This document shows positions 1 to 10,336 of a stretch of DNA of 64,000 bases, piece by piece. How positions within the stretch are numbered: position 1 is the stretch's first letter; each line of letters starts with the position of its first letter. The notes below the pieces were generated by a model, which worked only from the letters and a program-made list of their open reading frames with translations, did not search any database and had not been told where the DNA came from. The DNA is from Rhizodiscina lignyota. Its lineage: Eukaryota. The position numbers and the translations under genes are program-made. Where the stretch lies: NCBI GenBank assembly GCA_010015805.1, contig ML978123.1:2418001-2482000 (forward strand), in the 5' to 3' direction.

Positions 1-829
1 CTGGCGAAGATAAGGAGTAAAAGGTCGCGTTGTGACAGAACCGAATTCACTCAAATTCAGATGTGTATGTAATTTTAGTCTACTTCGGGCTGAAAGACGT
101 GGAATGGATTGTCGAGCTCTTCGGTCGTCAAACCTCAATGCTATACAAAGACTTAACGTTCGTGCCCCTATGCCTCGCGCCCGTAGTACTGAAGGAGCAA
201 ACAACTCGCTGTTGAGACAGACATGAGAAATTCACTTTATTTTGGGTCAACGGGAAAGCTTAGGATGCAGTGCATTTTCATGCTCTTGATTCGTTCCGCT
301 TAGATATACCTCGGAGTTTGAGGATGACAGGCTTATCAGAAGATGAAAGGACGCCTTGGGGTCACGCCGCTAAAAGCCAAGTACATATTGATGCTTAGAT
401 AGCCAGTAAGTATCTCGAAGTTCTGAAAGACGATATGTTAGTGTATATTTCTTAAGCACAATTAGTGAAGTATTGGAATTAAAGGCTGCGATTTGAGACA
501 AAATTAAGTGGATTAGTCTAGCAGTCTATCAGATTGCTTTAATATACAACTTCGCTGCGATGACTTGTGACCCCATTTCTTCGAGCCCCGGAGGATGTCG
601 AGTACGCAAGCGGTGACAAAAGAGTTGGCCGCAGCTTTCAAGATACTAAGCAGCATCGGTGTTCTGCCTCTACGGATAAAGTAATAGACACGTTTTCAAA
701 TGGCTTGCTGTAATCTAATGCACTCCAGAGGCTACACAACTGAACTTTCAGAGATAGTCTCGATTACTGTGAGCTGGAAGAGCTATTAGCCACTGACTGT
801 AACACCCCCTGCTCGCTGCCAACTGAATT

Positions 830-1367
830 GTCACCCCGAGTGCCTCCATATCGTTCGACCATTGAGTCGAGGCTAGCCTTCGTATGAGCTTTCATCAATC
901 TCATCGTCGGACTCCTCTTCAGGAGCACCCTCTACCCCTTGGAGGTGTTCGGGGATTCCGACAGACGGGACGCTCCCAGGTTTCTTCTACCAAGAGCATT
1001 CGTCATGAATGCTGAGCAGATCCTCGAGCATCTCGTCATACAAGTTGCTATCGTAATTATGCTTTGCATGATTCGAGATCTGCAACTTGAACAGGATGTT
1101 ATTAAGGCTCTCGTCGTGATCGACGAGTGAGGTGGGAAAACTTGTCGTCTACCTAGTCCTCATCTGCATACTATGAACGAGATGCGTAATAACGAAGCAT
1201 AGACGATGTCTAGCATATATAGTCATCTCCAGCCAGAGAAGGGCATCCTTGCCCTTACATTGGACATACTGGACAACACATTCTAAGAATATGGTCTCCA
1301 CGGTGTCGAGGGTCTCCCAGTACTTGTTGCACCACCCGCTCATACGAGCGAGGCGCTCTGAAAACAC
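830..1367 (-). pseudogene. Degenerate coding remnant of unknown product, RIP-like nonsense mutations
   Basis: The frame of ORF 1149..1367 continues as protein-like sequence (…DHDESLNNILFKLQ…DEMLEDLLSIHDECSW*KKPG…PEEESDDEIDESSYEG*) through three in-frame TAG stops (1149-1151, 987-989, 873-875). Each is explicable as CAG->TAG. Confidence 0.55.
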
Positions 1368-1736
1368 TTTTCAAAGCTTGTACCAGTTCCAATTTGAGCG
1401 CTTAGACTTCTGATGGACAGAAAACGAGCGGACGCCAAGCAGTCTGGTTGAGAGGCTGTCCTATTCAACTGAACGGCTGTAGTAAAAACAAGTTTTATTC
1501 TTTAGCACGAGCGGGAGCGTCTCTGAGCGCTCGATTAGATATATTCTAGGGCTTATTCATCTAAAACGCGCAGCTTTAGTATATATAATCTATATTAACT
1601 GCTAAGGATATGCATCCCTGTAGTTCGATACATTGCAGCTATAACTTAACTATTTTATTACCCACTTGGTAGAGTCGCCGGCGAAGTCGTATCTCTTAAT
1701 GTAGAATAATGGCCGTACTCCTCGTCTAGGACGATT

Positions 1737-1810
1737 TATAAGAACGGTGTGCTATTCGCATACGTTTAGCTTTAATTGGTCAAAGCCGGGGAGAATTTGC
1801 TCACCGGAGT
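1737..1810 (-). pseudogene. Partial inverted copy of the tRNA-Ile(UAU) gene at 10337-10486
   Basis: Reverse complement of 1766-1810 matches 10337-10381 at 44/45 nt. After an unrelated 11-nt spacer comes TAGCACACCGTTCTTATA (16/18 to 10405-10422). No A box or B box. Confidence 0.85.
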
Positions 1811-1885
1811 ATGATGTCTCTCCTCTTGCCTTCGAGAGGTAATTCACACTGCGCTAGGTAGTGCCAATTTCAGCAGAGTTGCTAG

Positions 1886-2822
1886 ATCTGTATCGATCCG
1901 ATCCTGCAAATATCGTAAGGCTTGTATCCCTGCATATTACTTTGAGGATGACAAAATAGCAGGCCGCCTGGCACTTTGTAACGTTTAGGAGCAAGCAGCC
2001 CTCGCACTTCGATGCAAGTGAGACTATATCTGAAAGCTTAGTCCTATATTCCTTAGAGTGTATTTTGCAATATCGATCTTACTAGAAACTTTGTACAGTT
2101 TATTAAAAATAGAGGCTACTCACAATAGCTACCTAATGTCTTAAAGGAAGGCTGCTACGAGCATCTTCAACCCCCTTAAGTTGACTTTACTTCTCTCGGA
2201 TGACACTAGGTTACTATAATCTTATTACCCTATGCTACATTTCCGGGTCTAAATAACGTACAATTTTGCTACTACATCTGTATTAATCCGATCCTGTAGA
2301 TAAGGCATGTCTCTGCGAGACTGCGTCTTATGGCCGACTACCGGCCCCGTAAGCTGTAAGGTCCAAAAGCAAGCAGCTCTCACACTTCAAGGCAAGCGAG
2401 ACTATCTCCGAAGGCTTAGTTCTACATTATTTAGAGCGTATATATCAAAAGCATCCCGTTGATAGATCTGTATGTCTTGTCAATTAGACTCTGTAGCGGA
2501 CGGGTAATCGATAACGTCTTAAGGGCGAGTAGCACTTGCTTAAATTTCTCTTAAGGATAGGCGGGACTGTATCTAGAAGTTTAATTCCACGCTCTTTAGA
2601 GTGTATATAATTTGATCGCCGGGGAAGTTGTAATGTTTAACGGGAAACAGCTCTTACTCTTCCAGGTAGATAGGACTATCGTTGAAAATTTAATTATACT
2701 TTCTTTAGAGTGTATATAATTTGATCGCCCGGGAAGTTGTAATATTTAACAGAATACAGCTCTTGCTCTTCAAGGCAAATAGGACTATCATTGAAAATTT
2801 AATTATACTTTCTTTAGAGTAT
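1886..2822. repeat. Degenerate tandem repeat family, AT/TpA-rich
   Basis: CTTTAGAGT recurs at 2594, 2703 and 2812 (109-bp period, near-identical units). Related diverged units lie at ~1996-2065 and ~2374-2445, and TCTGTAT..ATCCGATCCTG occurs at ~1887 and ~2277. Confidence 0.8.
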
Positions 2823-2879
2823 TTATGATATATCTGTTCCTCGGCTCATTCAGACTCCTGTCTAGACCTCCGCTTGACC

Positions 2880-5421
2880 TCAATCGTCCTCAGCAGGCGG
2901 CTTATGCATACCAGAGAACTGGTAGACCTTCTCTTCATCCGGGTCCACGCAGAATAACTCCGGGTCCAAGCCTTCCCTAGAAGCGTCCTTCGATTGCATC
3001 CTCGACGTAAGGGCCCATATCATGGTCTCATTGCTCAGTAGTAGAGACTCACTGGTCCATGAGCAAGGACGACCAATATCTTTGCAGCGCGGACAGGTTT
3101 CTGTACCAGGAAGTTGTTTGCACTCAGGCTGAGCGCCGGTCGTCCTTTCATAGACGTAGCAGCTGTCGCACTCCCTTCTGTGTCCACTCGTGTTGCCTTT
3201 TCCTAATTTGTTCAAGCTAGCTCTTCCGAAAGCTCCTCCGATGTTCTCCAAGCCGACCTTTTTCATTTCTTCTATAATCTCATCCTCACTCTTGCGGTGC
3301 GCTTTCCACGGGATAGCCGACTTGCCAAGCTGCTCACTGAACCGATAAGTTTGGGTGAACCAATCGAACTCGGCCCTAATAACCCGTGCCATACCAAATG
3401 GTGGTCTCCATTCGTCACGCTCGGGATCCAACTCTCTGGAGTCCAACAAGTGTCGCTTCAGGTGCCGAATGATGCCAGTAGCGTCCACATACGGTTTGAG
3501 TGAGCCCGGTACATCGGGGTTGTACATCTGCGACACCCAAGTTAACACATTTAACTATATAATTCCGTTGATTAAAGTGCCTACCAATAGAGTTTGAGTG
3601 AACTGATAATATAGTTCCTTCCACTGTCCAGTTTTTAGGTCTTGCCACTCAAACCTTGCTCCGAGTCTAGCGGCATCGGACCAGTCGCTGAATGGTCCGA
3701 TATCTGGGAGCAATGCCAGAGGGTATGGATGCATCTGACCTTCCGGAACGATCTCGAATGTGGGGTATACCGGAGTTCCCTGCGGCGGCAACTCTCCTTC
3801 GTTGGTCTGGAAGTTGACAACGAATATTTTCTCTTTCGGGTCTCTTGGTGAATTTACGCGCAGAGTATAGAGCTGGTAGTGGTCGCAGTGATCTTTTCCA
3901 CCGTCCTCATGGTTTCGAAGTACTTTGCGACACTTGTATGGCACTCCTCGACGGTAGTTCTCGACTTTGCCGATACCAGGGAATTCCGCCTCGGTAAGCA
4001 CCCAGAGCCTCTTCTCGAAGCCAGACTCTTCGAAGATGGGGCTGGCTCTGTTCAACCCATCTGTGACACTCTGCTCTTGGCCGCAGAAGCTCGCTCGAGT
4101 GGTCGCACCTGGCCAACCAGAAATCATTTTTGCCTTGTCGGCGATGGCCTTCAGACGAATAGCACAGTCCGACATGTCCGCGTAAGTTGCCGTCCAAGCA
4201 CCGAGGTTTTGCTTGTGAGTCTCGTTGGTACTAGCGACTGTGCTGGGGCTGAGCTTCGGATTGAATAGCCTCGAGTTGTACGTCTCCATGAGCAGCATAC
4301 ACACTTGCTCCCTGACTTCTCGCTCGGATTTATCGTCGATTGTTTGTCGACAGAGTACAATAGCGAGCCTTGTCCTCGCAGCATGCATAACCTGTTCAAA
4401 CTGTGAGAGGGAATCTAATTGTACAGTGGGTAACGGTGGGATAATACCTTGTAGGGATAGAAATGCCAGTCTTTACGGTTCTCGTCGAAGCAATCATTCT
4501 TGTGTTGTTGCCACTGCAAGCTGAAGTTGTTTGTCGAACCGACATACTGCCGACTGGAACCATCAGGCCAGACTCCAGGAAGCTCGTCTGTCGGTACAAA
4601 GTCCGAATAGTCGCAAAGGTAAATACCATGATTGCCTAAAACCATATGAAGCAAATCAGAACAGGTCCCTATTCAAGCCATGAACCACAGGCCAACTTAC
4701 CCTTCTCGTTCTTCGAATCGATCTTCACTGCGGCTTCAAGGAGCTCTTCACGTGTGAAGTTGGGCTTGTTCAAGACATCCAGCACCCCTGCCTGTCTGAA
4801 GCCCTCGTGCATTTTGTAGACGAATTTTGGGATATTGGAACCGGTTTCGCCCATCTCGGACACCCATTTAGTTCCGACAATGTCCAGTCCTTCACCTCTT
4901 GCCGCGTGTATCGATCGAACGAGAGCGTCAAGTGCCTTGTACACTTGATCTTGGTCCGCAGGTATAGGTATGTCAAACTTCTTGCCTTCTCTCTCTTTTG
5001 CCAAATGCTCGAATTCTATCGAGAACTGTCCCGGAATAACCTTCACGCCCGGCTCGATGTCTTCATGCGAAACTTCAAATTTGTGGACATCGGGTTTGAT
5101 CTCTCCGGGGAGAATGCCTGATTCTGTTGCCGAGTGTTCGGGTGTCCGCTCCACTTGGACAACGCACGTCTTCTCCAGCTCGTTGTTCGTTAGAATTGTC
5201 CCCACATCGCCCTCAAAGATTTGGATTTCTCGCGTTTTTGCAGTTGTAGCAGTGAAACCTCGTTTAGCTCGGAATGTATAGTCTTTCTCGAACCGGGGTA
5301 TGTCCGATGAATGTGACATACTAGGCATAGAGCCATAGTCCGAGGATTCGAGGTTCGGGAAGGAGCCGTAGTCCGATGTATCGAGGTTCGGAAAGGAGTC
5401 GTAGTCTGATGTTTGAGACAT
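2880..5421 (-). CDS. 787-aa four-exon orphan protein with GIY-YIG nuclease-like domain and C-terminal Zn2Cys6-like cluster
   Basis: Exons 5421-4701, 4635-4448, 4391-3585, 3527-2880 are joined in frame by GT-AG introns of 65, 56 and 57 nt. Motifs: GIY…YVGSTNNFSLQWQQH…EREVREQ…YN and C-x2-C-x12-C-x8-C-x2-C-x6-C. Confidence 0.8.
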
Positions 5422-6625
5422 GCCTGTCTTGAGAGAGAGAGAGCATGCACAGGTACGTTGTTGCAAGTGCAAGGAGGAGTAGAGAATCGAGCGGAATTGA
5501 GATGCTTCTGCCTGCTTGCCGCCGTGTTGTGAATGATGTGGCTTCTGATGCAATGCACAAATGTGCGAATACTTTACCGACAGGATTCAAAGAGAGTTGA
5601 AACCGTTTGTGACAGTGGGCGGCAGAATACGTCGTGCGGTGGAGTTGGACGACGGGCAGGCACGACCTTCGGTGGAAGGAGCGACCTCACCATATATGCA
5701 GCACCCCAATACTAAGTATACATGTAAGCTAGCAGGGAATCATTAGCAGGATAATAGAAATGAGTTGCTGAGTACTCGGCAGGTCGCATTTGGAAGATGT
5801 ATTGGTTTCAACGTTGGCATACAATGCAACGTCACCTGGTTTGAGCCAGGCGACCAGGAGGCAGCTTGCGCGCACCAGACTGGATTTTCAAAGAACGCAT
5901 AAGAAGATACTGTCGAGAGATAGGTCTAGCCTAGTCTCTGTTACAAACCCATCATGGTCGCTAGTACAAGTTTCCAGTGCGGTGATTGGGTGTCGTTCGT
6001 CAGTCCTTCCTGTGCCGGTGTCTCCCAGATTCGGAAACTCCAAATTGCGCGAGATGAGTGCAGCTGCTGGAGAAGGGCACGAAATTGGCTTAAGTGCCTG
6101 CTGCTTCGATGCACGCTGACTGGCTTGGGTGCTCGCTAGCTGGCTTCAATGCGTGTGCTCGCTATTTGAGGCTATTTGCTTATCGTACGTTAAAAGTAAG
6201 CTTATAAGAGGTTCAGCAAAACATTGAACATACAACAAATAGCAAACGAGGGGATTGATGAACTGTTTACCATCTCGTAACTTAACTGAACTCAGTCTTA
6301 GCTTCGCCTCGACAACGAGACTACTAGTCCCCGACACCGTGCAACAATGAGAGCTGCTAGAGGTGCTGAGTTATCGCCGGGGTTGGCTTGTAACGTATAG
6401 TCACAAACAGAGCGTTCAGCAAATCAAAGTCTTTGACTAGTTCCGCTGCGCGCTGTAAATAGCAATGATAACAAGACACCATAAGTATGCTGTCATGGTT
6501 CTCACTGCTGAGCGAAGCCGTTAGCCGCATTTATTGGCTGAACGAAACGCTGGAAGGCTCGAGGCTATGATTGCCTGAACCTTAAGAAGCTAGCATGCAA
6601 AAAGGCGCTCGCATGGCTCGAGATG

Positions 6626-7309
6626 TCATGAGTCGTCAGTGCTTTCTTTAGGCTTCGGAGACTCCTTAGTCTCCTCATCTAAAGTCACCGTCACGTCTTC
6701 ATCTATAGGGTCAGAGTAACCGATAGATGACTCGCCCTGGGACATCGCACCACTCCATTCAAGTGATGCTGGAGCTGTGAGCTGAGAAGCAGTCTGAAGA
6801 GTAGGACCGACCGGCAGAGACTCCGTGTCGGAAGCCATATCCACATTGGAAGTCATGCCTACGTCCAATGCGTCCATGGCCTCTAGAAGATCATCCGTGA
6901 TTTCTGTATCACCTTGATCTTGCTCTTGATCTTGCTCTGCGGATGGTGAAGGCCTTGCCTCCAACTGATCGCCTGCAATATTGTCGAGACTCTGTCTCGC
7001 GGAGTCGAGCATGCGCTCTTGATCGGGAAACTGGTTTGCAATCTCGGAACCAAGAGGCCAACGCTGACGGATTTGCTGGTACACTCTTTCCGCCTCTAGA
7101 CGGTAGCTTTCAGCCCCATCCCAGTCGTCGACAGCGCAAGCTAGGATCATATTGACCCTTAGTCTTTCGCTGTAAGGAAGTTCGGGCTCCCAGAGCAGCT
7201 CCATGAGTTGCTCGACACACTCTTGATGACGTTCCGTATCGTAGAGCGCGTAAGCGGCACGTATTCGAAAGATGAAAGCAACCTCGACATTGTTGAAAGG
7301 TCTTAACAT
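6626..7309 (-). CDS. 227-aa hypothetical protein, helical N-terminal half and acidic disordered tail
   Basis: Open frame from ATG 7309 (MLRPFNNVEVAF…). A truncated paralog at 9643-9808 begins at the same ATG, which supports this start. Confidence 0.65.
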   Translation of the reverse strand: MLRPFNNVEVAFIFRIRAAYALYDTERHQECVEQLMELLWEPELPYSERLRVNMILACAVDDWDGAESYRLEAERVYQQIRQRWPLGSEIANQFPDQERMLDSARQSLDNIAGDQLEARPSPSAEQDQEQDQGDTEITDDLLEAMDALDVGMTSNVDMASDTESLPVGPTLQTASQLTAPASLEWSGAMSQGESSIGYSDPIDEDVTVTLDEETKESPKPKESTDDS

Positions 7310-7880
7310 CTTTTTTAAGACCGAAGCGTGAAGTGTTGATTGTATGTCGAGAAGATGAGTTGGATGACGCGAAACGAAGTAGAGGGTTAGTCGATAGCTC
7401 AATCTTACGCTAAGCCAATTTTGGATTGGCACCAAACCCAACTTCCGCATCGACGGCACGCCCACGACGCGGTGACAAAAGTTGAGCACGGCGAATTCAA
7501 CAGCCAGTAAGAGCAAGTTTTATCCTTTAGTATAAAACATGTTTCAGTGCAATTTTTCAACAAGATAATGGATATTGCTCTATTTGTTGCTACCATAATG
7601 CTACTTGGTCACTACTGTCATCTAAATGGGATGTACTATATACGAGGGAAGCTGTGACTTGTGTTGTATTGTGTGCAGATGTGCAGATGTGCAAAGCTGT
7701 AATTTTCAAGGCGGCTCAGTTAAATCAGTATCAATAGTTATGTCTAATTATTAGAAGAAATTGTGTTGAGTGCTCATCTTGGTTTCCCGTAAAGGTACTT
7801 ATCCCCAGCACCACGTAAAGGTGTGAGCACATCGCTGAGGTCTGCTCTATGAGCAGAGATTTTTTCCTGTGGGTTTACTC

Positions 7881-8738
7881 TCAGGAGTCCGGACCCGAGT
7901 CCCAGGGACCCGAGCCGCTACCGCGATGGGGTTCGCGGGGATGTAGCGTATGGAGTACGCTAAGAACTCCGTCGAGCTCCTCTGCGCTCGTGGCATGGCT
8001 TATGATATAGGCCATGTTCGTAGCGAAGTTCCCTGGAGCTTCTGGAACAGAAGCTGGAGCGGCTGCTGGGGCAGCTGCTGGAGAAGGGCACAGAGTTGCC
8101 TTCATGTGCCTGAAGCCGCAGTTGGTGCACACGGAAACGCGGCAACCATCTGGATTCGGCTTATGGAAGCCTTTGCAATCTTGGCAAAAGTTGCTCGGCT
8201 TCCTTCTCTTCTGCTGAGATGGGACACCAGAAGTATCCTCATCGAGAGAGCGCTTTGCGCCCTTCTTTGCATCCTTAGCAGCAATGGCAGCTGCCTGTTG
8301 GGCCTTGTTGGAGTCCTTCTGCTTGCGTTTAGCATCGCAGTTTTGGGACTCACAATAGCCTGGTGGATGAGGGAAGCCATAGGGACACTTGGGCTTACCA
8401 GCGGCAACCCAAGGCTTCCAATCTTCCGGGGCAAAGCGCAGATTCCGCGACTTTGTCGCGTCTTCTGCCGGCCCTGAGACGTCCTCTGGATCATTAGATC
8501 CATGAGTGGAGCCTTGAGAGCTGTTGAGGGGCCTTTTGGGCGCCGGAACAGGCTCTGTTGTTTCCTGAGAGGGGACGAGAGGCCTTTTAGGCGTCGCGTC
8601 ACGCTCTGGTGGTGGTAGAGAACGAGACCTTGTCCCATTCTCTGAAGGATGCTGTGGCACCCTTATAGTGTTTAGTGGAGTGGCTCTTCGCCACTCAACA
8701 AGTTGTGCGCATATATCGTGCGCGTTGTTGATGTCCAT
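7881..8738 (-). CDS. 285-aa hypothetical protein with CCHC-type zinc-knuckle motifs
   Basis: Intact ORF with CQDCKGFHKPNPDGC, CTNCGFRHMKATLC, a degenerate CPYGFPHPPGYC, and a basic KRRK stretch. Confidence 0.7.
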   Translation of the reverse strand: MDINNAHDICAQLVEWRRATPLNTIRVPQHPSENGTRSRSLPPPERDATPKRPLVPSQETTEPVPAPKRPLNSSQGSTHGSNDPEDVSGPAEDATKSRNLRFAPEDWKPWVAAGKPKCPYGFPHPPGYCESQNCDAKRKQKDSNKAQQAAAIAAKDAKKGAKRSLDEDTSGVPSQQKRRKPSNFCQDCKGFHKPNPDGCRVSVCTNCGFRHMKATLCPSPAAAPAAAPASVPEAPGNFATNMAYIISHATSAEELDGVLSVLHTLHPREPHRGSGSGPWDSGPDS

Positions 8739-9642
8739 GTTTTATGGTTCAACTGTGGAGAGGGAAAGGAAGAAAGCAGGAAGTCGAGTGAAAGCGAGAT
8801 ATTTAACTGCAGCCAGCGGCGGCCCGTGCATTTTAGACTTTCCCACAATCAAAGGTCATAACATCATTTCGGGCTCAAGTGACGCCGCAGACTTATCTTC
8901 ATACCTTAATGGGCACACTTTTCACTCTTCCTCTGTATAACCGTGCCAATACGCAAGAATTTGGCTCGATCATTCAACTTAATACGTGAATTGTTACTGT
9001 CCTCTCCAACAGTACTCTAAGCCGTCAGAACGCGGAGCCGTCCACGGGAATTGGTATTCGCCAAATCACTTTATAGAGCATGGTGTGAGTAGAATAGAGT
9101 GAAGCTGGCTAAGGTAGCTCCACGTTAAGATGGGAGCCCCAAATGGTCCCTCCCCCCCCACATATTTGTTAGCACATTCAATCTACCTCTGCAATGCCAC
9201 AAAGTCTTTTTGACGGCATGGGCTCGTGACCAGTGCATGCATTGCAATCCAAACGGCTCGGACAGGATGATAATCTGATCGCATTGCACGAAGGAGTTAG
9301 TTTCTTGTGAGGGAATGAGACCTGCAACGGCGTCTCTTTTCCGCCACCATAAGAAGTAAATCTTCTAAGGCAGGCCTGATAAGCTACTCCCTGACAATCT
9401 CGAATGTAAACTTACCACTATGTAGAAGCTTCTTAAACATGCTGAAGGCGACTGTAATATAGTAGCTCTGTAGACTGTTCAGTCGCAGCAAACTAGCGCC
9501 TTCGTAATAACATCTTAGTGAAGAAATTCTGTCCGCTCCGACCGTCTGCGATCGTAAGACAACGGTATCAGACACATGTGATTTTGACTGAAGAAGTCGT
9601 CCTTGTAGCCCGAATACCAGTTGGTTAGCGAGGCGTGCTTCT

Positions 9643-9808
9643 TCTAGACGATAGCTTTCAGCCTCGTTCCAGTCATCGACGGCGCGGGCTAGGATCATAT
9701 TGGCCCTCAGTCCTTCGCTGTAAGGAAGCTCCTGGATTACCAGAGCGCGTAAGTGGCCTGTATGCGAAACCTGAAAGTAACTTCGACGTTGTTGGAAGGC
9801 CTTAACAT
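9643..9808 (-). pseudogene. Truncated, internally deleted copy of the 5' part of the 6626-7309 gene
   Basis: MLRPSNNVEVTFRFRIQATYAL and MILARAVDDWNEAESYRLE match MLRPFNNVEVAFIFRIRAAYAL and MILACAVDDWDGAESYRLE. The intervening part is deleted or frameshifted. Confidence 0.85.
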
Positions 9809-10336
9809 TTAGGCAGATGTAGATGTGAATTCTGTGTGATCGAGGTGACGTTGAAATCTCGACTCCAGTGCGCCGGGGGGGTTGGGTTGGTGGGGCAGCA
9901 ACACAGTTGGGTCCGAGTCCTATGATTGCCGTATTATTTTATATTTCGCAACGGCGACGAGGAAAAAATTTATTATAAATTTGGAAAATATAACTTTAGT
10001 ATACTTAAATGTCTACTCTTAATTTTTTTTTAAATTATAATATCTTAATGTGGTGAGATATAAGCGATAGTCTCAAGACATATGCAAGTTCCGAAGAAAC
10101 GGCAGAAAACTGACTTTTTTATATTGTTATTACGTGCTCCCTAATAGTTATATTTTAATTATGAAAAGTGCATATTAGAACTGAGTAGCTAAAATATCCT
10201 TCTGACTTATTTTATTTACAAAAATACTACGGTGTTGTTCAATTATCTTCCCTGGGGCAAGGGAGGGTTTATTTAGTGATATTGTCATATCTATATGTAA
10301 TAGCAGCCTTTCCTAGTGGCTTGATTTTCAGGCCTG

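Noticed and set aside
2594..2822. CRISPR-like array
   Set aside because: The units are whole-length tandem copies with no unique spacers, the context is eukaryotic and there are no cas genes.
2880..8738. Penelope-like or other retroelement (GIY-YIG plus zinc knuckles)
   Set aside because: No reverse transcriptase motifs, LTRs or pseudo-LTRs were seen, and the GIY-YIG gene has three introns.
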